A stretch of 60,898 nt of DNA, filler included, from Blastocystis sp. subtype 4 (lineage: Eukaryota): NCBI RefSeq assembly GCF_000743755.1. It is 5 parts of 5 records of this genome, joined end to end, with 100 filler letters (N's around TTAATTAATTAA, not from the genome) between each part and the next. Parts side by side here need not be neighbours in the genome. Positions count along the whole stretch, not along the records: positions 9,930 to 19,756 come from NW_014569202.1; positions 19,857 to 37,506 come from NW_014569201.1; 3 more parts are not named here. One strand, 5' to 3'. A program made the position numbers and the translations under genes. The stretch's first letter is position 1; every line of letters starts with the position of its first letter. Shown here piece after piece: positions 12,485 through 24,700 of this stretch. The notes beneath the pieces are model-generated. The model saw only the letters and a program-made list of their open reading frames with translations. It was not told the origin of the DNA and searched no databases.

Positions 12485-13362
12485 CTATTCTTTCTTCTTA
12501 CGACCTCGTTGAATTATTTTGATTAGACAATCAATAGCACTGACAACGACCACTATCATCACAAATATGAAGAAAAATATCCAGAATTGACGAGATGTCG
12601 AAGTTCCCGAATAATAGTCACAAGTGCAATCTGTACATCGAAGTGTTGTCGTCATATTCATATCATGGACAAAATATTGTCTATTTACACTCAATAATGT
12701 GTAAGTAGTCGCATTTGAGATCTCCTCTTCCATCCCGTACAAGGGAATACCAAAATATGTGCAGTTAATACTTCTACATATAACTCAGCAGGGTAGAACA
12801 ATACGATAAAGGATAAGTACCATAGGATTCAACAGACTGAGTACAACGAATACCCTTGGAACGCATGCTCTCGACGTTAGCGACCTGAAGAAAGTGACTT
12901 GTTAGATTTACGTTTGCAAACACGGATCCATCTCCATCCACAGTATAGTTGAATACAGTATATCTACATTGTATCCATCTTATGATCGCTACTCTTTTCC
13001 GATGTAATAGTCCTCTCTTGACAAGCAGGTACCAAAGAGTGAATATCCTCGGAATTCAACAATTTTCGTTATATAGTGTTCATCATCACGATAGATATCA
13101 AAGGCAGCACTCACAATCTTCGATCCGTTTTCTTGACAAGAACTGACATGCCGATGACACGCTAAGCATTTACAATTCATGAATACTCAAACAAGCAGAT
13201 AAAACGAGAGGAAAGAAAAGAAGACAGAGGATGCTCCGAATCATCATTGACGATACCTGACACTCTATTAAGAAGAACTGAATAGTCAAGTTTTCTATAC
13301 AGTATAAAGTATATTTGCGTATCGGTTTCTCTTGATTCTAGGAAGTCAAGTTCTATGTCCAT
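12485..13362 (-). CDS. Hypothetical protein with C-terminal TM and basic tail, multi-exon
   Basis: Exon ORFs separated by ~30-nt introns; FWIFFFIFVMIVVVV TM followed by RGRKKKE. Confidence 0.5.
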
Positions 13363-13512
13363 TTTCTATCGTATTTTAATGTTCTTATATATGGGCCCTC
13401 TTTTGTAACGATTTGTATGACGTAGTGATTCGAACAAGTTGATAATCAAGAGACAAACCACTATGCGATTCTACGTTTCCACCCACATTTGTCGCTCGTT
13501 TGTGTTGTTATC

Positions 13513-15997
13513 ATGCTTTCAAAGAGTGTATCTGTTTTGAAATCAACGAATCTAGCACGCGCATTTGCTACTTCACTGAGAGAGTACCCTATTGACGGCT
13601 TCTTCGATGCCAAGTCCTATGCAATTATTGGTGCCAGTGAAAAGAAGGGGACTCTCGGATACATCATCTCGGATAATTTCTATCATAAGTTCCAAGGGAA
13701 GACGTACTTTGTAAATCCTAAAGGTTTGCTTTAATTCCATTTAACTCAAAATTAGGAGGGAATCTTTTTGGTCAGCCTATTTACAAGAAGGCAAGTGAGA
13801 TTCCTGATACTATTGAAGGAGCCGTCATTTCCATTTCTGCAAAGTTTACTGTGGATGCCTTGAAGCAGTGCTTGGAACGTGGAGCCAAGTGGGTGACAAT
13901 TGTACCTGGTGGCTTTAAGGAGACTGGAACCAAGGAGGGAATTGAGGCTGAAGTTTGAATGAATGGGAGAATTCAGATTGTAGGAGGCTATCCGTCGTTT
14001 GGCCGAAGAATACAAGTGTCGTATTGTGGGTCCTAACTGTATGGGTGTCTATGATCCTTGTAATGTTGATACTCTTTTCATTGGAGATCGTGGTCTTTCT
14101 AAGCCTCAACTGGGCGATGTAGGTCTCTTTTCTCAGAGTGGTGCTTTGGGTTGTTCTCTTTTGAATGAAGTAGGGATTAGGCAATGATTTCACTTAAAGT
14201 TATCTGGAGCAACTCGAGAACACTGGATTTCCAAATTCATCTCGTTCGGTAATGCTTGTGATGTGGATGAGAAAGACTGTATTGATTACTATGAGCGAGA
14301 TCCTACTGTTAAACAGATCTGGGCTTACATGGAGGGATTCCATGATGCTCCTGACTTCATCCGAAGCATCAAGCGTATCTCCAAGAACAAGCCTGTAATG
14401 GTTCTGAAATCAAATCGTGGAAACTCAGGAGCAAAGGCTTCAGCCTCTCATTCAGCCTCTCTTGCTGCCAATGATGCTGTCTGTGATCAGTTACTTCGCA
14501 ATGTATGTTGTGTGGAGCCATAATCATATGCAGGCTGGAGCGATTCGTTGTGATGTGTGGGCTGATCTTCACAATATTGGTACAGTTCTTCGTAACCAAC
14601 CTCTGCCCAAGGGTCGTCGTGTAGCAGGTAGGGCTGTTATGTGAATGTGAGAGTAGTGGTAACTGATGCTGGTGGATTTGGTGTCCTGTTGGCTGACTCT
14701 GTGGATACTTACAAGATGAATCTGACTGATTTCTCTCCTGAAACCATTCGCAAGTTCAAAGCTACCTTCCCTCCGTTCTATGCCTGTTCTAATCCCATGG
14801 ATTTGACTGGTTCAGGTATGCATTGAAGTAGTGACTGATTCGTAGTGAAGACTCATGAATTCATTGAAGCAGCCAAGTTGGCATTGGATGATCCTAACGT
14901 TGATTCTGTGATATTCGCATATCAGCCTGGTGCTCCTGGTCTGGAACTGCCTTTAGAGATGGCTAAAACAATTGAGAAGAATTTTGGTCCTGGTAAGACA
15001 AAGAAACCTTTCATTGTACTGGAGTTTGGCGGCAAGTATCCTGACGATGATGTGATTCGTGATTATTTGAATAAGGTGGGCATGTCTGTCTATGAGTAAG
15101 GCTTTGAATGAGGATATGAGAGTAGTGGTCCTGAAGAAGGAATGCGTGTATTGTCGAAATTAGCTGAGTATAGTGAATATCTCCAACGTATGGAACGTAT
15201 CACTTCAGAGACACATCCTACGATTGATGCTTCGTTAATTAATGGAATTGTGAATAAGGTACTGAATAAGGGTCGTTACACTCTCACAGAGATTGAGGGT
15301 TATGATGTATTCATTCGTACATGCTTTGAGAAGTAGATTCTAACTGCTTGTGGAATTCGTACCCCTGATTATAAGCTTGTTTCTAAGGGAAATGAAGCTG
15401 CAGATTTCTTAACCAAATCCATGACCAATCCAGGTGATAAGTTTGTTGCCAAGATTGTCTCACCAGATGTATGGTTCTGACTTTCGTTCTCATATCCAGA
15501 TTATTCATAAGAGTGATGTAGGAGGTGTGAAGCTCGGATTCAATACTCCTGAAGAGGCCTGCAAGATTGTAGAGGAGTTGAATGCCAAGTTTAGTAAGCA
15601 GCCTATTGACTATCATGGTGTGATGTTATATAAGATGGTTCCATTTGGTACAGAGATGATGATTGGAGCGAATCGTGATCCAACTTTTGGACCCATCACT
15701 GTATCAGGTCTTGGTGGAGTGATGGTCGAGATTCTGCGTGATGTTGTGTTCAATATGTGTCCTGTGTCTGTGGAGGAGGCTCAGATGTCTTTGGATCAGT
15801 TGAAGACGCAGAAGATGCTGAATGGATTCCGTGGTCAACCCGCTCTGAATCGTCCAAAGTTTGCTGAATACATCTCGACGATTTCACAGATTATGGCACA
15901 GTGTCCTACCATTCGTGAAATTGATATTAATCCTTTGATCCAACTTCATGACGGATCACTGACCGCTGTGGACTCCGTTTTCACTTTAAGTCATTAA
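13513..15997 (+). CDS. ADP-forming acetyl-CoA synthetase (fused alpha-beta) with MRO-type presequence
   Basis: AIIGAS, IVGPNCMG, SQSGA, ASHSASLA, NPMDLTG, IIHKSDVGGV, DPTFGP, EIDINPL; many short introns. Confidence 0.9.
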
Positions 15998-16323
15998 TGT
16001 AATTGACTTTGTTTGTTTTTGTAATTTCTTTCTTGGATGTATTTTTCTGATTTGTATCCTTTCTTCTCAAGATGAGAGTGTACACGGTGTCTTTCATGGA
16101 GAATGGACTCAATAATGAAGGACCTATAATAATGAAGGAACCACTAAACATATATGGAATAGTGATCAACTCTATTGTTTATTATAGACCATGATATCAC
16201 TAACCAACAGGAAGGGAATGGTTGTTTAGAGGGCACAAAAGGATTTGATTTCGTCTAACTCTTCTTGTAGGATTCTCTTTTGCCAGTTTTTGGAGAGACT
16301 GAATACTAACAGTGTGTAGAAAC

Positions 16324-16553
16324 ATGCCTAGTCTTGATTACTCGCACCCGCGTGAATATGGTCCTGGTTCTCGTTGCTGGTAAGTGTCTGTGACAAGAGA
16401 ATGCTAATGTGTAGCCGTGCTTGCGGTAACCGCCGTGGACTCATTAGAAAATACGATCTGATGCTGTGCAGACGCTGCTTCCGTGAGCAGGCTCCTAAGA
16501 TTGGTTTCATTCACGTAGGCTTGTTTTGGGACAATTATCTGTAGTATCATTAA
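16324..16553 (+). CDS. RPS29: 40S ribosomal protein S29 (uS14)
   Basis: [34 protein letters not shown]; two introns. Confidence 0.95.
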
Positions 16554-16625
16554 ATGTTGTGTATGTACCAAAGACGACTGATATTTCCTGATTGATATGT
16601 TTGTTTCCAACGAAACAATATACCC

Positions 16626-18561
16626 TCACTTCTTCGTTGTTGTAGCAGTATTCAGAGTTTTGAATACTTTGGCTGCTGACATGTATAATGTGGCTAGTTT
16701 CTTCCAGTTGCTCAATACAATCGAAATTATTATCAAAGCCTGAGAATTATGATCTTCTCCAAAACCTACCACAAGAGATGAGAAGAAGTCCTCTGTAGTG
16801 CGGCATGTATCAGACCAAGGTCCACAGATGGCTCCCAATACAACTTTTACCAAATAGGCAATGATGGCAATTGTCGCTGGAACCTAGTCGTCACTCTCGG
16901 TCTCAAATCCAACGATATAAGTAGCTAACCAAGCAATTGGATCACGGGCTTTGTTTTCTTCCACAAATCGTTGATGTTCCTTCTCAATGTTGGTTTCCAA
17001 CACATTGCAGTGCAATTTAATCTTTTCCTTATCTCCCATTGTGGCACGTTTCTTATACAGAGCTAGTGCTTCCTTCAAGGACTCTTCATGCAGCGCTTTC
17101 AACTCCTCTTCTTTTACGAATCCGTGCTCTTCACTCACCTTCGTACTCATTGAGGCTTTATATAGTTCCAGTGCCACACGTGAAGCATTCTGATTGTTCA
17201 CTTCTGCTGTCGCTCCAAGAATTGTTAGTGCTTTCGGGAATAAATTGGCCTTTACAAACATCTCTCCATATGCAACTGTAAAGGCCTCAAAATCCTCAGC
17301 ATACAAAACCTCCTTATTGATCAACTTGGGTTGCAAGTTATGAAGGAAGATCTGTTCCACGTAAAATCCAATGAGACGAAGGAAAAAAGGCTCCACTTTC
17401 TGGAGGGAGCCATTATACGTCTTACGTGTTACTTCCAGACCTGGGTGAGGAAGTAAGAATACTCCGAAATGTTGATAACAATACTCGATCTGTTCTCGTG
17501 TTTCCTAGGAGTCAAAAATACTCCAAATACCAACACGAAGATCCGCTGCATTTCGTTTTGCGAAGAAACTATCTCGATATTCATCCATCTCTTTTAATGA
17601 GAGAGTGAAGTTGGATTCATCGTGGAAATTCTGCCAGTCACGGACGAGGAAATCGATCTGTTGGAAAGGAGCTTCTTCTTTACGTTTCTTGATAGCTTCC
17701 TCTTCTCTTTTGGCTGCTGCCTCTAAAAACGAAGTAGTGATCTCATTAGAAGAAGTTTCTGGCATAGAAAGTCTTGACTGTATACTACGGGTTGACAGAC
17801 GCAGGGACATGCGTTGGCTATCGTCACCATTAAATACAACACGACTGTATTCTGAGAACAGTGCGAGATGCTGGAGATTATCTTCTTGGAGTCGTTTGTC
17901 AATGTTATAGATTTGATACGATGAGAGAAGTGTGCTGATGCCGAAAATACTTGTTGTCAGCATTTGACCTGTCTGCCCATCAAACAGACCCTGAGTATCC
18001 ATTAGAAGAACACACATCTTCCCACCTTCCACATTTTTATTTGGAAGGACAAATGGCTCACTCCAGAGCCAGATTCCTTGTGTATTACGTTCACTACCTC
18101 CCTTATAAGAGAAACCATTACGTTCCTTGCTGGTCTCACTACCCTCAAGAATATCACCTCCATATTCCATCCAACTTGGGATGTCACCTAGAGGAGTGAA
18201 TACAAGGTTGTTCGTTTCTTTGGGTTATTGAATCTAGATAGATCAAACCTTGAGCATAACGAAGGAATCTCAAGAAGAAGTCAAGAACAAAGGATTTTCC
18301 ACTTCGAAATGCACCAACAACTGATAGTACGGCTACTGGAATGTGCTTAGGAATCTTACTCTCATATAACACAATTCATTCGTACGCGTGTGATAACTGA
18401 ATGTAATGCTTCTTTATTTAATGTAAATGTATTTGAATCTGCATCAGCGTTGAGGATCTACACGAATGACCCCAGAATGCAACATGTACTTGAATGGCTT
18501 GTTCTTGTACAACTTCAGTCATTCCAATTCCTTCAATGGGTTCTTTAATCTCTTCCGTCAT
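16626..18561 (-). CDS. ATL: Atlastin (GBP-family ER fusion GTPase)
   Basis: VVGAFRSGKSF, TQGIWLW, LMDTQG, FLVRDW; C-terminal TM hairpin. Confidence 0.88.
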
Positions 18562-18601
18562 AATATATGAACTACGTCAAATAGTAACAAACAAATAACG
18601 A

Positions 18602-19547
18602 TTAAGAAAGAGGAACGTCCCTCAGAGAAGCAGCTTTCAAGTACTTTCCATTTACAACCAGATGGACACCTTTGTACACAGCTTCTCCATTGGCATCAAC
18701 ACGAAGTTCCTACAATTAACTCTCATCACTTAGAGCATACAGGCTGCGTGCTGCTCCACTTATTATTCTTTGAACGGAGGTTAATCTCCTCTGTCTTTTC
18801 TGAGGAAACAGGAAGTCCTTCTAACACAACTCTCATACCTGGTTGAGCATCTGCAGGAGGTTCCACAATCTAGATCACAGAATTTTCTTGGAACGTACTT
18901 CAACTGCCGAATGGTCTTCCTTGCAAGCACAGAGAACCATTCCATGGCTTGGATAACCAACAAGAGGCTTCTCTTTAAGGTTGGCGACTACAACCACCAA
19001 CTTTCCTTCAATGGCTTCAGGAGCATAGAAATGAATAAGACCTGAAGCAATCTTCCGTTCTCCACCATAGGCTTCACCAACATCAATCACCTCACAAATC
19101 AATTTGTCGGCTTTCTCATGTTTCCAAGCCTTCACAATACGGCCAACCACAAGTTCCACTCCCCAGAACGGATCGTTTTCAGGAATCACAACCTTTTCTG
19201 GAGTGTGTGGTACAACCTCGGTCCTTCCTTCGGCTTCGTTGAGAGAACGAATAAGGTGATTTACACGATATTGAAGCTTCTGAATAATCTCATCCTTCTT
19301 CTCTTCTTCTTCTAGCGAACGAATCAGATGACGGATACGGTAGTCAGCTTTTGCTGCTGCTTCCTTCAATGCCTCGTTTTCAGCACGAAGCAACTCAACT
19401 TCCTTCTTAAGACTATCAGTATCACTACTGACCTGAGACTTTTCCATTTCCTAGGTATCATCCCTCTTTCTAGTGAGTCACCTCAATAATGTTCATTCGT
19501 TCTTCTAATTCATCCACTTTGGTTTGAACTGCTTCAATCGTCGACAT
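18602..19547 (-). CDS. AIMP1/Arc1p-like tRNA-binding (EMAPII OB-fold) protein with N-terminal coiled coils
   Basis: VGRIV..HEKADKL....DVGE....IASGL, VANLK, SHGMVLCA. Confidence 0.85.
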
Positions 19548-19647
19548 CGTACCTTTTCAAACAGTGATTCAAGAGTCTATGTATTTCTCATATGACTCCA
19601 GAAAACAGGACGATTTGAACAAACAGGAGTAGACTATAATAACTGCA

Positions 19648-19756
19648 CTAATTCACGGTCTGACCAATAGCATACACCTGGAAACCAATTTCCTTGAGTT
19701 TGTGATGATCAAGAATGTTACGACCATCAAATACAAAAGCAGGTTTTTGCATCTGA
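19648..19756 (-). CDS. UGDH: UDP-glucose 6-dehydrogenase, C-terminal fragment
   Basis: MQKPAFVFDGRNILD...IGFQVYAIG. Confidence 0.88.
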
Positions 19757-19856
19757 NNNNNNNNNNNNNNNNNNNNNNNNNNNNNNNNNNNNNNNNNNNN
19801 TTAATTAATTAANNNNNNNNNNNNNNNNNNNNNNNNNNNNNNNNNNNNNNNNNNNN
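19757..19856. other. Artificial contig linker
   Basis: N44-TTAATTAATTAA-N44. Confidence 0.97.
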
Positions 19857-19983
19857 GAAGTACAACTGCGAGAAGATGATTTGCCGTAAGTGCTACGCTC
19901 GTCTTCCCCCTCGTGCTCACAACTGCCGTAAGAAGAAGTGCGGACACAGCAGCCAGCTCCGTCCCAAGAAGAAGCTGAAGTAA
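19857..19983 (+). CDS. RPL40: Ubiquitin-L40 fusion, eL40 portion (5' truncated)
   Basis: [41 protein letters not shown]. Confidence 0.97.
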
Positions 19984-20108
19984 GTTCTAACTTATTCGAG
20001 TGTGTCACGAGAGACTGTTTGTTGTAAAGGACATGATTGAGGATGCCAATTGACCTTGCTTTTCAAACAAACACAACACACTCCGTGCACTCTTTAATCC
20101 CGAATCAT

Positions 20109-20634
20109 TTAGATCTGTCTGGCAATGAGATCCAACTCCTTCTGTCCAGCCTTGGTCAGCTTACGGCCTCTACATGTCAACTGGGACCACTAGAACTACC
20201 CGTTCTTAGCCTCCTCGACCAGACCCATCTTCTCCAGATTGTGAATAGCACTGCGGATGATGGTTCCATTAGCCTACTTCTTAGACCCAGTAAATGAGCA
20301 TACATGATCATGATAAGCATGGCGCACACCATTACGATGCTTTCCACCAAAGTGCTCCCTTAGGGAGTTAATTCCCACACAAGGTCTCATGTACAAGTGA
20401 CGAGCAATAGCAGCTATATATGACCATCTCAATAAACTATCTACCACAACGAATGTAGTACCAGTCCTCATCAAGAGGAATGTAGTCACTGAATACACGA
20501 GTTCTCATGATATCGTGCATCTTAGGAAGTTCAATCTTTCCAGAACGCTTCAAGAAGTCAGCGTAAGCCTGAATCAGCTTCATGGCCTCCACGTCCTTAG
20601 CAGTGGTGATGACGCTCTTATCGATTCTCTCCAT
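20109..20634 (-). CDS. RPS19: 40S ribosomal protein S19 (eS19)
   Basis: KDV...I.AYADFLKRSGK, DWYYIR, GRKLTKAGQKELDLIA; three coding introns. Confidence 0.93.
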
Positions 20635-21069
20635 CTATTAACAAATGTTAGAGACCCAATTGATTCCTTCAATACAACATTCACAACCACCAAATGATTC
20701 GAAATACTATTCATTTCAAACACTCTCTAGTACAGAGTACATACATTTGAAAACGATTTGGTAATAGAGTGCGAATAATCTAACTATCAGAAAGAACAAG
20801 AATTAGGGTCCATACCAAATGAATGATATGGGCTATAATTCTTGTAATTATATATCTATAAAAGGATAAATTAGGGTATCTTTCTTTTATAATTGCATTT
20901 CTTTCCATCAAAGGTTTATTATACAAAGTTACAATGTGAATAGATCCAACTAACTGGTTTAATACGATTAACATTAAAAAGCAGTAAGCCGATGATCGAA
21001 CGATTCCTAGAAATAATAGGAGAGGATATCAAAATCGTGTCATATGCATTTAATCATTCATTTCTTTCC

Positions 21070-21596
21070 ATGGAATCGAATAAGGGTTTAACCTTACTCT
21101 CCTTTCTTGAATTGCGTGAATATACAGAAGATGAAAAGCGTTTTATGATTGAGCTTGAGTTTGTTCAGGCGTTGAGTAATGTCTTTTATTTGAAGTGTAA
21201 ACTTTTAAATACTAGTATTTGATTCTTTAGGGCTATCAGACAATGGGTATTTTGAGGACGAAGCGTTTTTGCGCTATCTTCAGTATTTACAATATTGGAA
21301 GCAACCAGAGTACGCTCGTTATCTCATGTAAGTATATTTATGTATTCTTGACAATAGTTATCCCGAATGTTTGTATTTCCTTGACAAACTTCAGGATGAA
21401 GCATTCCGTTATGTATGTTTTACTCTTATTGTTTCATTGTAGCTACTAACGGATCAAAATCACATTAACTTTCTCAACCTTCAATGTCATTTAGCAATTC
21501 GAAAACACTCGGAACTACCCAAAGAAAGAAAGACTCAATCCATGGAAGAAGAGGATAAGACATCGGATGAGGTGTGTCAAAATGCAGATGTATCAT
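21070..21596 (+). CDS. MED31: Mediator subunit 31 (Soh1); stop probably completed by poly(A)
   Basis: RFMIELEFVQALSN..YL, YLQYLQYWKQPEYARYL-YP.CL. Confidence 0.92.
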
Positions 21597-21760
21597 TCCT
21601 TGTTTGTTAATCTTTTTGGAACTGTATGGGAGATTTCTAGTCTTTTCTGGAACGAATACGACATCACATATACCTACAAAGACTGATTATTCTAACATTC
21701 TGTCTAGTGACTCGTACCATTGATAATCAAGAGTTGTTCTTTTTTCCCATTTTAGTACAA

Positions 21761-24700
21761 ATGTATCTTTTTGTCTTCCTATTCTTGTTTCTAGGTAATT
21801 ACTATATCAAATCTAACAAGTGTAGCTGTTTCGAGTCAGATTCTTACATGTGGAAATGGCTTTATTCCCTATCAGCGCAATGGAAATGCAAGATATATGG
21901 TTTGCACAAATGCAACAAGTGATGCTACATTCAATCCTTTGCTTCCTAAAGGACTGACATATATAGAAGGCATTATTAAGGGATCTCCAATCGCCTATTT
22001 TGATAGATTCCGTATCCAAATAACTTCGGGTGGTTTAAACGGCTACTTCTACATTAGCTGTTACTGCTTTGGACAAACTTGATATATAGCGAATGATCGT
22101 CTTACAAAGGTAGATGCTGGCTTTGATAGACAAACAATCTATACAAACATCGCATTCACTCCGATCCGCTTCTATACGGATTCGGAGTACAAAAAGATCA
22201 CAATTTATCCTAAACTAACGGATGGCCTGTCATTTGATGAAGACTTGGGTCAGATTAGCGGTGTTTATACTGGCAAGGAACAAGTCGTTGAGTATACAGT
22301 GACTGCAGTTTACAATGATCAGACGGCAAGTACAGTAATTGTGCTGGAATACAAGAGTAGGAGCAATTATTATCAAATGATGTAGACTATCCGGTCAAGC
22401 CAACAACCAGTTATTCCCTATGCTACTATGCTCCTTTGGGATACAATTCCATCTACTCCCATTTGATGTATCTCTTCGAACCAGTGAAGAAATGTGTTGC
22501 TGTCTCTCAACAACTCAATTTCACTGAAGCTTATCATATTGAGCATGTTCATTATTGGCCAGGGCTGGATGATTCTTTAGGCAAAGCATTTACAGCCCAT
22601 CTCCATGGACTGTTTCATGCTTCGAACAAAGGAGAGTATCAATTTCATATTTGGTCAACCAATGCGATTTCCGTCCGAATTGACAACTCTCTTGTTCTGG
22701 AAATGGGTTATTGTGGTAGTTCAATCAATGATAAAGTGTTTACGATCGAGTTAGCCCCAGGTTATCACTTGATTGATATGTATCGAACGCAGACAGATCT
22801 CTTTGCTATTCTTAAAGTGGAGTGGCGATATGGAGATGAATCTTGGGAACTTCTTGATGGATCAACTCTTCAAATGTACACTCGAGCTCCTTCTTATGTT
22901 CAGTATAATCCAATTTCCACACTTGTTAACACCTATGTGAATAATTCATCACCAATTGTTCATTATAGTGGTGGTCACTATACTGTGAAGCCTAACCTCC
23001 CCGCAGGGATGTGGTTAGACGATGCTACTGGTGCTATTCATGGACAGAGCTCTGTAGCTGTATATGGTGAATATGTTATCACAGCAGAGAATGAATATGG
23101 TACATCTAAAGCTTCGCTAACAATCCTTGTTGGGAATGAGCCAATCCCCGGCCTTATGGGTCATTATTATCGAGTTCAAGAGGAGAAGAATGTCTGCGAT
23201 AATCGGTTGTTTTACACCTATTATGCTGATACATATGCTGTTCGTGAAGAAACAGTATTCATGCGTCCATTACAACCTCGATATGGTTGGTGGTCCAATG
23301 TTCCTTCTGTCATTTTCCAAGGTCAGGCATACATTGAATGGTCTGGCATGTTCAAAACGAATGTCACTGGTGATTGGCGATTCCGTGTCCAGAAAGCAGA
23401 CGGTTTTAAATTATTGATTGATGACAAGCAAGTGGCATCCTATTTGGATTGTAAAGGGGAAGTAAGCCAATCAACCTTTAGAGCAGATCTTACAGAGGGA
23501 TATCATTCAATCATGATTACTTACTTCACTAATCAAGATCAGTTTATTTTGACTATAGAGATTCAGAGACCTGATGAAGAAGAATACCATTCTTTAGAAG
23601 AAAATCTGGTTAGTTATCTTCCTACTAAACCTTTCATTGCTTCCACGTCTCAAACTCAACTCCTTCAGGGGCAGGACATAGAAGCGATTACACTAAGGAC
23701 ATTTGGTATCACACTTTCAAATCCGATCTATTCTGTAAACCCCGATTTGCCTTCTGGTTTAGTTCTTTCACCAACTGGAATTATCACGGGAAAACCTACA
23801 ACAGTATTTGATTGGACTTCCTATATTGTATCAGTAACAAGTGATTCCCTTACCTTCAATACTACAATCCTCTTATCATGTATTGCAGCAGAAGTACCAA
23901 CAAGTGTCACAGTCCTTAACAAAGAACAACAAGAGATCACTTCGGCTTCACTTCAAGTCTACAAGCCCATGGATCCACTCCAGATCCAATGTGATATTCA
24001 GTATTGTGCCATTACTATCAATCCCACACTTCCTCAAGGTCTTTCTCTTGACTCATCAGAACCCAACTCTCGAATCATTGGTACTCCAACAGTCACATCG
24101 ACTGCAACCTACATCATCACAGCTGCAACTCCTGGTGGGTCGATTCAGACTCCAATCAAGCTTGAACTCCCTGCCTGTCAATATGGGAAGTATCTTTATG
24201 CTACAGCTTCTGGAGATAACTTCAATTTCTATCTGTTGAAGAATGGAAAAGAGGTTTATGTTGAGAAGAATGTGTCAACAAGTGGTTATGCTCTGAGTTT
24301 GTGTATTCCATATGATGACTATGATTTGGCATTCTATCCTGTCCCACAATCCCGTGCAATGGTATATTCGTTTGATTTGTATCGAGAAGATGGATTGCAT
24401 TACTTTCATGCAAGTCCAAAAGAGGATTCATGGTTCAATACAACTCTAGAAATGATTCAGAAGGTTCCTCCAACTTTCTTTGTGAATGTCACAAGCATTG
24501 CTTTGCTTCCCAAGGAGGAGATCTTCATCCCCTATGTTACAACGGGTCTCTACATTCCTCTCCATATCGATTCATCTGAGATATCTCTTAGTTTTGATGA
24601 CAGTAAGAAACTTATCACTGGATCTTTCACTTCTCAAGGTGTCTATTCTGTGACAGTTGTGTGTGAGAATGATGCTGGAGTCGTTAAAGTACCATTTACA

